Shown in pieces: positions 25,875-39,200 of a stretch of DNA of 64,000 bases. The notes beneath the pieces are model-generated. The model had not been told where the DNA came from and did no database searches. It saw only the letters and a list, made by a program, of their open reading frames with translations. A program made the translations under genes and the position numbers. Positions within the stretch are counted from its first letter, which is position 1, and each line of letters opens with the position of its first letter. Source of the DNA: Tubulanus polymorphus (taxonomy: Eukaryota > Animalia > Nemertea); NCBI RefSeq assembly GCF_964204645.1, contig NC_134031.1, positions 8,680,001-8,744,000 on the forward strand, in the 5' to 3' direction.

Positions 25875-26139
25875 TTTCTGTTACTTCACAGAAAACCCTA
25901 TTGAGATTCGCGTGTTTCTTATTATTATTATTTTATGTCACACTATTTTCACTAAAAGAACATAGGCTTTGTTACCTTGCCACTGTTGCCGATACAATCC
26001 GTATAATATCCTTCAGCTCACTTCGATCTACCAATACTCCGTGAGTCTTTTGATAAATCAACGTAACAAAAGCACTGTCGGGCCGTAAACATCGAAAATT
26101 GGGTCCCATTCAATGAGGCGACATGTTTTTCTGAGTTGT

Positions 26140-26860
26140 CATCCCAAAATCCACCGGAGGCTGCTCGTCACTTCGATTATCAATTCAAGTGTTAATAAAC
26201 AAATTTATTGCCGCAAGACTTCACATTCAGCCGCGGTTTTCAAACAGTAATTTTTAACACTTACCCATTTTCCTCATGGATTACTGTGTATATCATTAAT
26301 AAGGACAGTGAAGAGACGAGGATACTACCTTGCGTAACTCCCTTAGTTAGACCGACTTATTCCAAGATGAGGCGTTCCGTTGATTTCGGTCACCTGTTTT
26401 CGTTCGGATATAACTGCCGAGCCATTTGAGCGACCCTGATACTGTTTCCCAATAGCATGTTTATTAATGTCTGATGTTGTACATTATCAAATGCTTTGTG
26501 TCGAAATCCATAAAGACTAATTAAGGCCTAACATTCGATTCTCCAGAGTCAAATAAGACCATCTGGTCCAGTCGTCCATGGATTCAAGTAGGTATAATTG
26601 ACTGTTTGTTGACCTTCCTTTTATAAAACTGTGTTGACCGTTGAACAGGATTTTAAGACTGTGCAGAAAACCCGCTATCGCTGCTTTGCAGCTATATTTG
26701 AACTTGAACTTCATAAATTTCTGCGTATGGACAGTAGGTCTCTGCTGCATCAATACGGTCGCAGGCAAAAGCAAAGACTGTTTGTTCTTTTATGGATTTT
26801 TAAAAGCAAAGACTACCTTGGTAGGCATACATCTTCGGTAGAGAGTTGAGGTTGCTGAAT
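26140..26860 (-). pseudogene. CR1-like LINE reverse transcriptase fragment
   Basis: Minus strand with frameshifts: QHSFIKGRSTNSQL, KAFDNV, GVTQGSILV. Confidence 0.75.
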
Positions 26861-26876
26861 AACCATAAAAGCGTGA

Positions 26877-27045
26877 ACACGATGAATCTCATTTTCAAAT
26901 GAGTAAATAAGTTTATTGTTTACTAATGTTTTCGGGACCATTGTTCCCTTTGTTCCCGAAAACGTTCATAATCAATAAAGTTTAATTACTAATTTGAAAA
27001 TGAAATTCATCGTGTTCAATCAATTCCAGCACTACAAACACCCAT
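26877..27045. mobile_element. Penelope-like remnant in inverted arrangement with truncated hammerhead halves (second family)
   Basis: gaacacgatgaa..tcattttcaaat.agtaa...a.gttttcggga is inverted as tcccgaaaacgtt...ttactaatttgaaaatgaaattcatcgtgttc. Stem II-GAAA-ACGUU is present but CUGAnGA is missing. Confidence 0.6.
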
Positions 27046-27095
27046 CTTAATCCATCTACTCATGCTTTCACTGTTAATACCTTTATGCGGCTTAA

Positions 27096-27777
27096 CCCTT
27101 TCAATACCGCATAGTGTCTCCGCTGCTGTATGGGAGGGAATTTAGGGGTTTACAGGGGTATATTTGAGGCTTCACAGAATAGTTACCAAGGTATCTGACA
27201 CAGAAAAATTATATAGCACGTTGTTGATTACTTTTGGGCCAACAAAGTAGACACAAATAATTTGGATATAAGTGAACTTGAGGTCAAGGTCACATATGTG
27301 GCCATATAAGATCAAGGATTTATGTGACCTTGAGGATGGACAGTTTCTGGCTCTTCATTATTGTTATTGGTGTCCGTTGTCATGACAACCGTTTCAACAG
27401 GATCTAAAAAAATTGTGACTGATTTCATTTCCATCATCAAAATCATTGCCGGCCCTATTAACCTATTTTCTGACTAAGTCTCATCATCTGAACTGCTGCT
27501 GTCATATTCATTGTCACTCTCAATTTGTTCACTACCAAATTCCAAGTCACCAGCATCACTGTCAGCATCATAAATGAGCTGCTGAACCGTTTCATCCAGG
27601 CAAATTGTTTTTTCCTGGCTGTTGCCATCTTGGATTTTATGCAGATGGCAGCACCAGCTGATACTGATAAATATGCCCTTCTAGAAGAAGGGTTAAGCGA
27701 TACCGTATCACATACGGTACGGGTTTGCTAGCTTGCCAATATGTACCGTATGCCATATGGTAGTGGTATTGTAAGGG
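27096..27777 (-). mobile_element. Internally deleted piggyBac element
   Basis: TTAA TSDs (27092-95, 27778-81), TIRs CCCTT(T/A)CAATACC, and a minus-strand acidic transposase N-terminus MATARKKQF/LDETVQQLIYDADSD...SSSSDDET. Confidence 0.85.
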
Positions 27778-28169
27778 TTAACATGACTGACAAATAATTG
27801 CGTTTCTGTTCCTTCAGTCCATTTGATATATTCAGATAATACCACAAATGACCAAATTTTCCTATTAGAGTCGCACCTTTTAATCATTTCATTACCCCTT
27901 CTAGATTGTTTCAAAGAATTTATGTTAAAGTAAAATTGATAGAGAATATCATTAAATCAACATTTATTCCAAAACTGCTCATCCTATATCTTAAACGTAT
28001 TTAGATAATTAGTTTGTAATTAAACACTTGGCTTATAATTATTTCGGAATTTAGGACTTGTAATTTAATAACCCTTGTATATAAATTTAAAATTAAATCA
28101 TGATAGTAGGTTATGGTTGTCCTTGAATTCGAAGGAATGAAATTCAAAGTAATGTATAAAACCTCGAAA

Positions 28170-28560
28170 CGGATCAGTGACAAAAAACTTATCAAAATTC
28201 TTAGGCTTATTTAAAAATCCTTGTGAGACCATTTAGGTTTTAGTGATGTCTGGCATACACAAGAAGTATTCAATGAGAACCTTTTTATTAAATCTATTGG
28301 AAGAAGACTTTGTGATAATTTCATACAATCCTGGCAGTCCAGTTAAGAGAATTCTTCAAAATGCAACTACTATAAACATACCTATACTTAAGTAATCATT
28401 GGTCCAGAAAATTATTTAGAAAACTGTTGCCCATATGCTGTCAAATTGCTCTGTCGCTTTAGAACTCCAAATCACGACCTAAAAGTGGAAACAGGGAGAT
28501 GGACGATGGATTTTGCAAACACTGTAACATGCAAGAAATTGAAGATAAATATCATCTGTG
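28170..28560 (+). pseudogene. LINE ORF2 3' remnant (zinc-knuckle region)
   Basis: NSSKCNYYK, LCRFRTPNHDLKVETGRW, FCKHCNMQEIEDKYH. Confidence 0.7.
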
Positions 28561-28565
28561 GAAAT

Positions 28566-29722
28566 TGTTCTGTCCGTATGTAAAATACCCACTTGCTACA
28601 CAGAATTACAAGAAAACCAAAATCGCCACGGTGGGTTTGGGAACAAATGTCAGAGAGAAATACCAGGACTGAACTTGACTAAACGCAGAACCATTCATAA
28701 AAGAATATAGTACAATTATATATTTTTCTATAAAATGAATAAACAGTTACAAGATAATATAATTGATATTAATCAGACCAAATATTGCCTAAATTCAATT
28801 AGGTGAGCTCACTGACTTGTTACTAATATGTATTAAATAGTTTTCCTAAAAAGATTTTATCATACGACCTGCTTGTTGGTTGTCCATTCCGAATTTACAC
28901 CAATCAACGATAACTTAATGTCCAATTAATGTTAATTTAACTCAGTTTCTTAACAGCCACTTCATCCAAATTCGATAATGTCAGTCAGTTTGTTTTTTCA
29001 CTTAACACAATAAATTCACTTTCCAATTTTCTATCTGCATCACGATTACAAAGTTACCAAATCATTCTCAACAGCCAATACACAAGAAATAGACCAAACC
29101 ACATCGCTCACCAATCCACATACTTCGCCAAAATAAAAGTAGCTTAAATCCAATTCCGGAATGTCACCATAATTTCCAGTAAATCTATCCATTTAAATAC
29201 TTTCAATTCTCGAATGTGAACAATTCGAAATCAATGCGCCGTTCGATACAAATTTTATATTCTTCTCGCAAAGAAAAATTAATACTTAAGTTCCGCAAGC
29301 TGCAGTACTCTGTTTTATTTGTAGTTTACAAATAGTAAAAATTCTGTTCTTGATCGAACGAATTGTACTTCGATATTCGTATCTTCCGTAAACTCAAATC
29401 AGCAATAACTCCTTGATTACTCATAAATCAGCAATGAGCAATTGCTAATTTTTTTCCCGATCCACTGCAAGATCTAAAGCTTTCATAAAATTAAAAACCT
29501 AGTTGGTTTTTAATAAAGAATTAACTTATAAAAGAGAGGACAATTAATTACTGCCCTCCTCTCGATCATGAGATCCCCTCTTCTTCTCCCTGACTAAAAT
29601 TTTAACAACAGGAAATTCCAATCTAAATTACCCCAATTTCCTGAAACTACTCAGGAAAAATAGTACCATCTAAAATTAAAACTATTGAAAACTATTCTTT
29701 ATTGAAAATTAACATTATAACA
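28566..29722 (-). mobile_element. Possible solo LTR
   Basis: TGTT...AACA termini and strong strand skew; it truncates the adjacent LINE. No TSD found. Confidence 0.3.
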
Positions 29723-31439
29723 CTCCAACCAACTGAACCTGATAAAGTTAATAATTGAAGTTTACTATAGTCTGATGAATCTTTATATTTTAAAGTTTTA
29801 AACGTGGGCAGATGCAATCAGGAGGCACATAGCTTACCAAAATGGTAAGGTTATTGCTGATGACAAATCCATTTCTCAGTATTTTGAACTGCTGATGAGA
29901 ATTTGAAATGTATCACTACATCCTGAAAGTCTGATTTAAACCACCATAGGAGGCAGCACTCCATGATGGTGTAACAAAACAATGGATAACTGAAACTGAG
30001 CGGTCCTTCCTCTCCTGAAACTAACGTACTAAATTAATATACTAGGCTACACGTAGATCCATTATAAAATACTTAAAACTTTCTTAACTGATATTTCACT
30101 ATTTTATTTTACTTTCTATAATGTTGGACTGTGTCCTTTGAAATTCTATACACGACTGACTTGATGTTACATACTTTTTTGCTGTTCTTACTACTGTGTT
30201 ATTTTACGGATCATTTCAAAATAGTAACGGGAGACTTCATTCCTAGGCTATAAATTTCTTTGCGGTCAGATAATGCTTATTTTTTACTGTACTAAAAACT
30301 ATGTCTTCTACTACTATGTCTTCTTCTACTTCTATTACTTTTCATCATCATCATACAAGGATTTTGTCTTTTTTTATATTTTTGATTTTACGTCTTAAAA
30401 ACCTAATGATATGATTCCAAAAGCGTTCGTGTCAATGAACTGTTATATAGACTTATAGAAAATGAGGTTTTTATGTTATCACTTGTATGGATCAATATTT
30501 CTGTGATATTTTGAATTTTCTTGCAGTTTGAATTTACCACCATTCTTGTAAGACTATTAATAAGCTGGAAGTAAAATCCAAGCCATTTTACACGCCCTAG
30601 TGCTATTGCGTTCACATTTTGTCCATCCATTTGTTCAACCAGTGTTGAATATTGAATTGTCAGATTGTCAATCATATAACTAATTATCAATTCCATATTA
30701 GTATTTACTGTTCTCTGTGAAAAAATCAATGCCTACATGTATATACTAGTTGACAGTTCAAGGTTTTGAGCTCCCGGGTCCTTATTTATTTGAATTGCTA
30801 CTTATAATGTTCAATATTTCTTTATTCAGTACAAGTATTACCACCAAATGAATTAGGCCCTTCAAAGTTGATACCTTGTTTCTCATCCAAACATCTTTTC
30901 TAGACATGACGAGGGCGGGTGTATTTTTTGTTATGAGCTTTTTTAGAATAAAAAAGTGGAAATAAACTCACATTAATATTTTCCAAGATGACAAGGTTGG
31001 GAGGTTTTTCTTGTTAAATCCAAAAATTATTCAGTGTGTAATACTTATATGAGACGAGGATGGGAGTTTTTCAGAGTCTAGATCCATAAAAGGTTAAATG
31101 GGCAGAACCAAGAGATGTTCATTTGCTAAAAATTAAATCTAAAACATCTAAAGTACACAATTTCAAACAAATGCTGTCTAAAATGGCATATAATCTCCAG
31201 GGTCACAAAATGATTGGGAATGTCATTCTTATTATCATAACTCTGAAAAAACCAAAGAACACTTCGCTAATTTTTCTCTTGATTGACTGGCTTATTAGGC
31301 TCCTGTTCATCGTAGAAAAATCTAAATGTTCATAAGTGCATTACTAATACACAATACTAATTATCGATAAAGCTTAATGCATAAAAATAAATCACTTTAC
31401 AACGTGTCATCACGCATCAAAAAGAACCGACTAAACAAT

Positions 31440-32583
31440 CTGACGCAGGTTTCGGTTTTCATTTTTTTGACGCCTTATAAAACGTTACCATTATGAAACC
31501 TTAACAATGCTAACCATTCAGCGTCATTTTACAAACGACAACCGTAAATCGATGTGCAAAACGTCACAGGTTTATGTGTACACATACAAGCTATTTGGCA
31601 AAATATTATTGATAAAGATGTAGAATGGCTCCCTGTGATTATATAATGACCTCTATTTGAATGTCGGAATGTTATATTGCATTGAATATCATGAGAAGAC
31701 GTATTGTAATAGTAAATGATGTATGATTATATCAGGAGCGGCAGGCATAAATAGAAATGATAAGTAAATCGGATTATTCGGTTAAATGGCGGATGTATAC
31801 ACGATTTGGAAGTCTGATATAAAAGTCAGACCCTGTCATGGGGATGCTAGTGGAATGACGAAGCTATCTACGATCTGAGTAGGGCCGGCGTGAATTTCAT
31901 CGGCGGCTACAAGCGGTCTATATAAAAACGTGTAAACATATAATTTTAATATTCAAATGTTTTAGAAAATATGTTCGATATTAGGGGTATGCAGGTTTCA
32001 TGAGATTAGCAATTTATAATAGCATAGCTGTCATATACGGCTCCGCGTCCACTGATGGCATGTGTATAAGGTGACAATTCAATTCAATACTTTATTGATC
32101 CTTATTACATTGAAATTCCGGGATAAAATTCCCAAATTCAATAAAGTTACAAATTTTAAACTAAGAAAATACAAAATACAAGACACACGGGTAATTCATA
32201 CAGAATAACATGAATAAGTTATTTAAATGACAATGTCTACTTCAACCCAGACTCAAGTCTAGGATATCGAGTGACAGCCAAACCGGGCCCCGGGACCGGG
32301 CCGGCTGGCTACACGATATGCTCGAAGTCATGATGAAGCAGACATCAGAAGAGCTCTTTCTTCAACCATGGAGGCAATGAAGTTGCAGACCAGCTTAGAG
32401 GCAAAAGTGAATCGAAGTCGGTCACAAGTTGACAATTTTTTTAAAAATTAGACCAGTCGAAGACTGTATCATCTACCCAATCGCCAAATCTCATAATTCC
32501 CCAAATTTCTTAAAACTTCGATTTCAAATTTGCAATTCCACATTAGCTTATCCCAGAAATTCTACATTTTTTCGCAGGCGTCA
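31440..32583. repeat. ~1.15-kb repeat; inverted copy at 51692-52462 plus 54405-54580
   Basis: Colinear reverse-complement match, e.g. catggggatgct.gtggaatgacgaagctatctacgatctg. Confidence 0.9.
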
Positions 32584-32634
32584 AATAATTTATTAAAGTT
32601 AATTTTCTTGTTTCTTTTTTATTTTGGCATTCAG

Positions 32635-32673
32635 GAGTGAGGCGGGCAGCTTTACGATTTGATGAAAAACAAG
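32635..32673 (+). CDS. TOR1AIP: Probable 39-nt internal exon of the LAP1/LULL1-like gene
   Basis: Long pyrimidine tract plus CAG, phase 1-1, reads (G)VRRAALRFDEKQ(G), AAG|GTATC donor. Confidence 0.5.
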
Positions 32674-32925
32674 GTATCAACGTTGAATGGCCTTAGATTA
32701 GAAGTTTGTTCTAATTAAAGGATTTTCATTGCCAACTTGTTCTTTGCTTGACCAATTTTTTGTAAAGATTACATAAGACTGATATGAACAAAACATAGTG
32801 AAGCAATGTCAGTCGATAAGACTGCTTGTCTATAAAACAAGTTAATGTCCACCTTGTCCTGCGAATGAAAAAAAAAAAAAAAACTGGAGATACGATTGAG
32901 GAATCTACTTTTAATTTTTTCCCAG

Positions 32926-33896
32926 GTTCAGATCTGAGCAGTAGCTGCAGTCCCTTCCGTTCGTTGCAAGCAGAGCTTGACTCATTCAAGTCAAGCCCTG
33001 AAAGTGTCAAAACAACACGCTCAAGAAAATCACATTTGGATGATTCATTAGATACTGAACCATTTGATCATTCTCGACATCTTTCAAGGCAGGAATTGCA
33101 AGTATCCAAGGATCGCAAAAGAGAATCACCTCCAAATCGGAGTCCCGAGTTTGGTATAATATTGGCACTAGCTGTTATACTTTTGATTGTTTTATTTGTT
33201 GGATATACTACACTGAAGCCCTCCAACGAAACAAATGTTGTCCATTTTGCCGGTGATAATGACATTCCTCAAAGACTTTTGTTATTTGACAAAGATGTGA
33301 AGCGGTTGCATTCTCATTTTCCAAATCAGTCCTTGCACTTATGGAAAACTGTCAAAGCATCCATAAAAAGTGTATTGAAAACAGAGCGTCCGGAGAAACC
33401 TGCAGTACTATTTTTGGCGGGTATTGGCATTGATAATAAGAAGCTTATTGACTGTTTGTCCTCTCATATTGGGAAAAGTGTAACAAATGCCTATAGAGCT
33501 AGTCAACACATAGAGATAACTGACTCACAGCTTTTAGCAGTTGATGAAGATCATGCTAAACTACTCCTTGATCAGCAGTTAAAACTTGCTTTTGAAAGTG
33601 GTGTTAAAGTTGCTATTCTTCGTGGTATTGAAAACTACCCAGCAAATGTGCTCTTAATGCTTCACTCATATTGTGACAATTTCAATGCTCCATTCAAAGA
33701 TGTCACCTTTGTCTTGAACTATGGTGTGTTCTCTAACCTGAATACTAACATACTTGATATTGAGGAAACTTTGAAAGAGAAATGGGGCGAAAAGCTTAAT
33801 GATGTCAATGAAGCAGGTGCTCTTCTGAGCCGGCTGGCAAATAATATTGTTTTATTGAGACAAGAATCAACTGAAATTCTTCATAAACATTGTTAA
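32926..33896 (+). CDS. TOR1AIP: Terminal exon of torsin-1A-interacting protein (LAP1/LULL1 family): TM helix plus luminal AAA+-like domain
   Basis: Acceptor tttttcccag|G; one TM (FGIILALAVILLIVLFVGY); FPNQS..LW, P..PAVLFL, YCDNFNAPFKDV (compare human YCDHENAAFKDV), LLSRL arginine-finger motif, C-terminal Cys; AATAAA at 34472. Confidence 0.9.
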
Positions 33897-34750
33897 AGGT
33901 ATTGGACAGCGTGATAAACCGTCAAATAGGTTTACCATCACATAACTGCCAGTATTGAGTAAGGTGAATGGTGAGCAATGAATAGTGTAAGTGGACCGAA
34001 CAGTTATTTAGGCTTGATTTTTTACACCACAGACATAGTTGTGACCTCACTACATTTCGATGACCATCAGGATGGGCGTTATAACTGAAAGATCTAGTGA
34101 AAGTTTTACAATTTGTTCATGGTATATAACCATTGCACTGCAACCATCTTTTTCTTTGAGGTTATTTTATTATCGGTATCTGATCATCATTGAAATGCTT
34201 AAAGCGCTCAAATCCGCCCGCATATACCTCAAGCTTCTGGCCAGAGGAAGTTCTTCTGTCCGAGTTAGTCAAAAGTCCTAGTTAGCCATGTCTTGAGTTA
34301 AATAAGGTTCTGTATAATCTACGAATGTATATAAAAAATCTACCTGTATTTAAGCAAATTCGTATTGGTGTATCTTGTATGTAGAATGTTTATGATGTAC
34401 AGATTCTTTTAAGACAATGTTTCAGTCAAGTCTATATCTATGCGAATGTACATAACGCTCTAGATTCTTCAAATAAAAGTTTGCTGGATCTCTTTCCTTT
34501 ATTGAAATAAACTAGTTTTCAAGAGGCACAACATTCTTTGTTTGGGATATTTTTAGTGGCCTCTCATTTTTATGACTGATGGATTGTTGTACATGTATAA
34601 CCCACACATTATAACCCATAAGGCCAAAAATACCTTGTTTCTCATTCATAAAGAACAACTGTATGCCAAAATGTGACCCGGCAGGCAGCATTTTATTTTT
34701 ATTTTTTCCATAAAAAGTACGAAATTTGACATATTTCCATCATACTGGCT

Positions 34751-36802
34751 TTTTTAGCCCACTTGGGACTTAAGCGTTCACTTTTCATCCGTCGTTCATC
34801 CATTCGTCCGTCCGTTGATGGAATCCAGTTATTTTGGGAAGTTTTGAAGACGCTTCAATGTAATGTCTTGATATTTAGGTTACACATGTATCTATACTTG
34901 ACACATCTTCAGCCCAAAACTGACCCTGTCAGAATCAAGATGGCCGACTGGCAGCCATTGTTGTTTGCCAAAATCAGCACTTTCTACACATTTTTTAACT
35001 TTTTGCGGGAAATTTTGAAGACGCTTTGATCAATTACCTTGATCTTTCGTAAATTTTTGAATCCCTCAAGGGCCCATCAACATAAGAAAAATTGGGTCGA
35101 TCAGACTCAAGATGGCGTCCTATACCCTTATTAGTGGCCAAAAATTTTGGCCCAAATTCTGAGTCCTGTAGTTTCCTAGTGGTTTGCCATTTATCATTGC
35201 AATTTGTGATGGGTATTCTTTGGAAAGGGATGTTCTATACCTGAGACATGTATTTTTGATCAGCTAAGTATGGCGCAATTGGCAGCAATCTTTGCGTCAT
35301 CAGTACTCATTCGTAGGTGGGAAACCCCTCAAATTCCAAAATCCATTTTTGAGGGTACAAAATCCCTAAATTCTATGTTTCAACTCTTCAAATTCTGAAA
35401 ATTGTGCCTCTCAGAAAATTGTGTATCATATATTTCTAAATGACCTTTCATCAAAGGTTCTTTCAATTTGCATCATGTGCTAGTGGGACTGTCACAGAGT
35501 GAATGCATTGTGTTGTTTGATAATCACAGGTGTTGCTTTATCTTAACTGTGTACACTCACACTAAATCGCCATTTTGTACTTCTTTATCTAGGTAGCCTG
35601 TTTGAATAGATTAGTTTTAACAATGGTCATTATTGGGCTAGGCCTTGTTATCATCCCTAAATGTCAAGACCTCTAAATGTACAGACTAACTTTCTTAATT
35701 ATTTTTAAGGCCAGATTTAAATTAATTGCAATGAATCAACTAGGCCTATTTAACCTGAAGTTTAGAAACAGTTATCATATTTCATTGCTGGATGTCCACG
35801 ACCAAACATATTTTTACAAAATGCTGAAGGGATCCTGTCAGTTTATGGATTTATGGCTGTCGGATGCTAATTTTTCAAGTTGGCTGCTCAAAAGACAAGC
35901 ATTCTGCGAAATGTTCAGTTTGTGACAGAAAGTTTTCTGTAGCTAATCATGGAAAGAAGGCTCTTCAATCTCATGCTGATGGAAAAAAGCATAAGGATCT
36001 CTTGAAAAATCTTGAAAAATCAAAAACAAATTCGCAGACCATTACTGGATTCTTTTTACCTCCAGCATCTCCTGCAGCATATCGTTCAGATTCTGCTGCA
36101 ATTTCATCACCTGTTGTGGAACTGTCAGGTGCTAAAAGATCATTACTTCAGGATTAATCTGTCTCAAGTTCTAGTGAACATGTTCTATTATTCAATGAAT
36201 CGCTCAACAAAGTTACCCAAGAAAAACAGCTGGATATGTGGGTTAGATATTGGAGTAACGGTATTGTAAATACAAGATATTATGGCTCGCATTTTATGGG
36301 TCATGGTGATTCTGAAAGACTGCTCGATGAATTTAAGATGTGTGCCGATAAACTGAATCTTAGGAACTTACTGCAGATTTCGATGGATGGGCCAAATGTG
36401 AATTTAAAGTTCGAAAGGGATATGGCGGCCGAGTGAGTAAGGGCTTATAAGATTGGTACCTAGGGATATTTTGTTACCATGATCGATTGCAAAGTTGTAG
36501 TTCATGACATGTTCTATGATTGTGGTGAGTTTCAAGGTCATTGGGTTTTGCATATGGTCACTCAGGGGCGTTGAATAGTAGAATAACTTAGTATTTCCTT
36601 ATTAAATTGGTAACGAAGCATATTTTGTTATCACAATCAATTACAAAATCGTAGCTGCTGACATATTCTATGATTATGGTGAGTTTCAAGGTCATTGGTT
36701 TTTGTATATGGTCACCAGGGGGCATTTAATATTGAAATTGTTAGATTGTTGAGCATTTGAAACCACTTCCCAAGTGGGCATGGTGTCCCTGGACCCCTAG
36801 TT
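34751..36802 (+). mobile_element. HINE family A element with ~1.1 kb of hAT transposase DNA inside
   Basis: 5' end ttttagcccacttgggact plus TCCG repeats; core to ~35325; satellite monomers resume at ~36440; 3' end cccaagtgggcatggtgtccctggacccctagtt. Confidence 0.75.
35800..36436 (+). pseudogene. Deleted hAT-superfamily transposase (zinc finger plus part of the DDE core)
   Basis: AKCSVCDRKFSVANHGKKALQSHADGKKH zinc finger, then LFNESLNKVTQEKQLDMWVRYW...FMGH...QISMDGPNVN. Confidence 0.75.
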
Positions 36803-37589
36803 TAATTTTTATTTAAAAATAGTTAAAATGTACAGGAAATGATTTTCAGAAGTTCTTACTGTTTGTCAAATACCATTCTAGTCGGCCTGTAGGTCTAGTT
36901 TGATTCCCTGCCAGATGTTGGATCATTCCTACGTACCTTCCCGTTTTTCCCAATTTTCGAGGGTACGTCAACTGTTCAACTATTTTTCTAAATAGCCTTG
37001 CCGAATGGAAAAAATTAGCAAGAGACTCAGCCTAGTTTAGCTGCGTGCCAGACCTTGAACCATTCCTAACTACCATTGCTTTTTCTTCCGTGGCTACAAA
37101 GCATTCTAGAATAAGCTTTAGTAGATAGCAAAAAAACGCCATTAGAATGGGTAGTAATGGTTCATTTACGTGAAAATCCTGAGTGCCATGAATGAAAAAT
37201 CTAAGAGTAAATGAAAATATAATTCTCCAAATCCATGACAAGAATCATCATCATCATCATCATGAACAAGATACAAATTACAAGAGGTATATTTGTTCGT
37301 TTCCCCCATTTGCTAACAGAATTACATAAATCGTGGACGAGTCTGAATACGGCGGTTCAACTCCAGAATAGGTCAAAATAGTTCCATCGTGCAGGGTTTT
37401 CTTAAATGAAGGGAGTGGTTCGGTTCCAAATTGCCGCCAGAAACCTGATCGTCGACCATTTCTCGGGTCGGCAATCGGCAATCAGAAACCTGACTAAATG
37501 TGGCGGTATAACGAAATTGCGATCGTGAGGATTGACACGCCTATTGACCGTACAATGAAAGATATATATCAGTTTATATAAGTTTGATG

Positions 37590-39200
37590 TTCCTGACTGT
37601 GCCCGTTTGTGTATGTGAAGAACCAAATGCGACGCTTGTAGCAATAGGACAAATACCACCAGTAAAAATACCACCGAAAAAAATGCCACCGGTTGAAATG
37701 AAGGTAGGAAAAATGCCACTGTGGCACACGTTCCCAAATGTTTTGATACTTTCTCAGTTTGTATCAAAAATATTGCCAATTTCTGGTCCTTGAGTCCTGA
37801 AAAATGATAAATTTACAGCGCAAAATCGTACAAACGTGTCAATTATACTTCTAAACACTTTATTTGCGGACCAGTTTATGAATTGAGCGTGGGCCATAGA
37901 GCGCTATATCCGCCTGTGATCTCGACTTTCAATTTATTACGTAAGCTATTCGTGAACAAAATGCGGCCGGCGCACAATAGAAACTTCGCTCTATGTATTC
38001 TTTCATTACCGCCGACAAAGAGGACCGATATTTCGCAAATTGGATTCGGGAGGTTTAAACCTCCCAAGGTCAAAAGACTAAAATTGTGACCTTCGTGGAG
38101 ATTATCTAAAAAGCCGATGGTAATCAAATTTAGCAGAACTTTTTACCCAAACGTTCAATGGTTTGAAAATCTTTCAATGGCATTCCTAAGTATTTGATGA
38201 AAGTTGAGAAATCATAAGATATTCATATAACCATGGACTCTAAAACCTAAATCGTTTAAGAGTCCCTGATATAAAAGAAACTTCGCATAACGAAGAAGCA
38301 AAAATTCGAATCTGATTCATCTGTTTGGAATTGATTCTTATGAAATGGAAACAAATGCGTGAGCACTACTCATTGATTCGTTCATTATTGTACAATATGT
38401 TTCATTTGTTGACCGTAAGACGTTGACATTATGTCAATTTCATTCAATTTACTTTGCGGCTTTACAACGGCTATTTCACAAGTTCTGCGTGATGAGATAA
38501 TTCTGATTAAAGTTATTGTATTAATTTCTACATGTATATACGTAATGATACTCTTTCTGAATAAAAGATGCACGTTATTCGAATCCCCACCATTGTTCTC
38601 TACAATGTACGTTAATCAAACTCACGATAAAACCAGAGCCAAAACCATGGACTCAAACATACAATTCTAATTTCCCCGTTAGTTCACTGATGCCGTCAGT
38701 TTCTATCGAATGCAAGGATTCTAGCCAATCAGAGAGGCGCATGTACACATCCATTGGCATACTAAGTTATAGTACAACTTAGACAATAATCAAGGCTCGA
38801 GCCAATGTCAGTAACTAGAATATGTTCTTTCATCAAATTTAAATAACTCAGCAGTAGTCAGTTAGTTGAGTTTGTTTGACTTGTTTTGTATTTCATCAAT
38901 CAATCTATTTCATTTTATTTTAAAGTACAAACTAAACGCTTGAATTGCTTATAACACAACCAGGTATGAATTAGAATAGATCGGCTTAATATTTCGAATG
39001 CAAATTTGGCGATTAAGCAATCGGAAATTCGAAGTGCTTGAGAAATTTTTCAATACGCCCATTACTCCGAATAGCGATTAGTTCATTGACACATGTGACC
39101 ATTGTTTTGTTACTTTCGATAGCGATTCGAATAAGCTATGCGACAGCTAACGACAGCACAATCGCAATATCAACAGAAGTTCATTTTATCCTACATGATG
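37590..39200. repeat. Left arm of a long diverged inverted repeat
   Basis: 37725-38400 aligns to the reverse complement of 45700-46380, and 39060-39140 to 45440-45530. The outer aaatgccac/aataccacc repeats mirror ~46900-46940. Confidence 0.75.
38232..38268. mobile_element. 37-bp P-like mini element or scar
   Basis: CATGGACTCTAAAAC...GTTTAAGAGTCCCTG; 7-bp flanks ATATAAC / ATATAAA. Confidence 0.7.

Noticed and set aside
34763-35029. Recurrent peptide KMADWQPLLFAKI (also 15380-15742 and 50903-51154) as a gene family
   Set aside because: Translation of the non-coding HINE core; frames and stops differ between copies.
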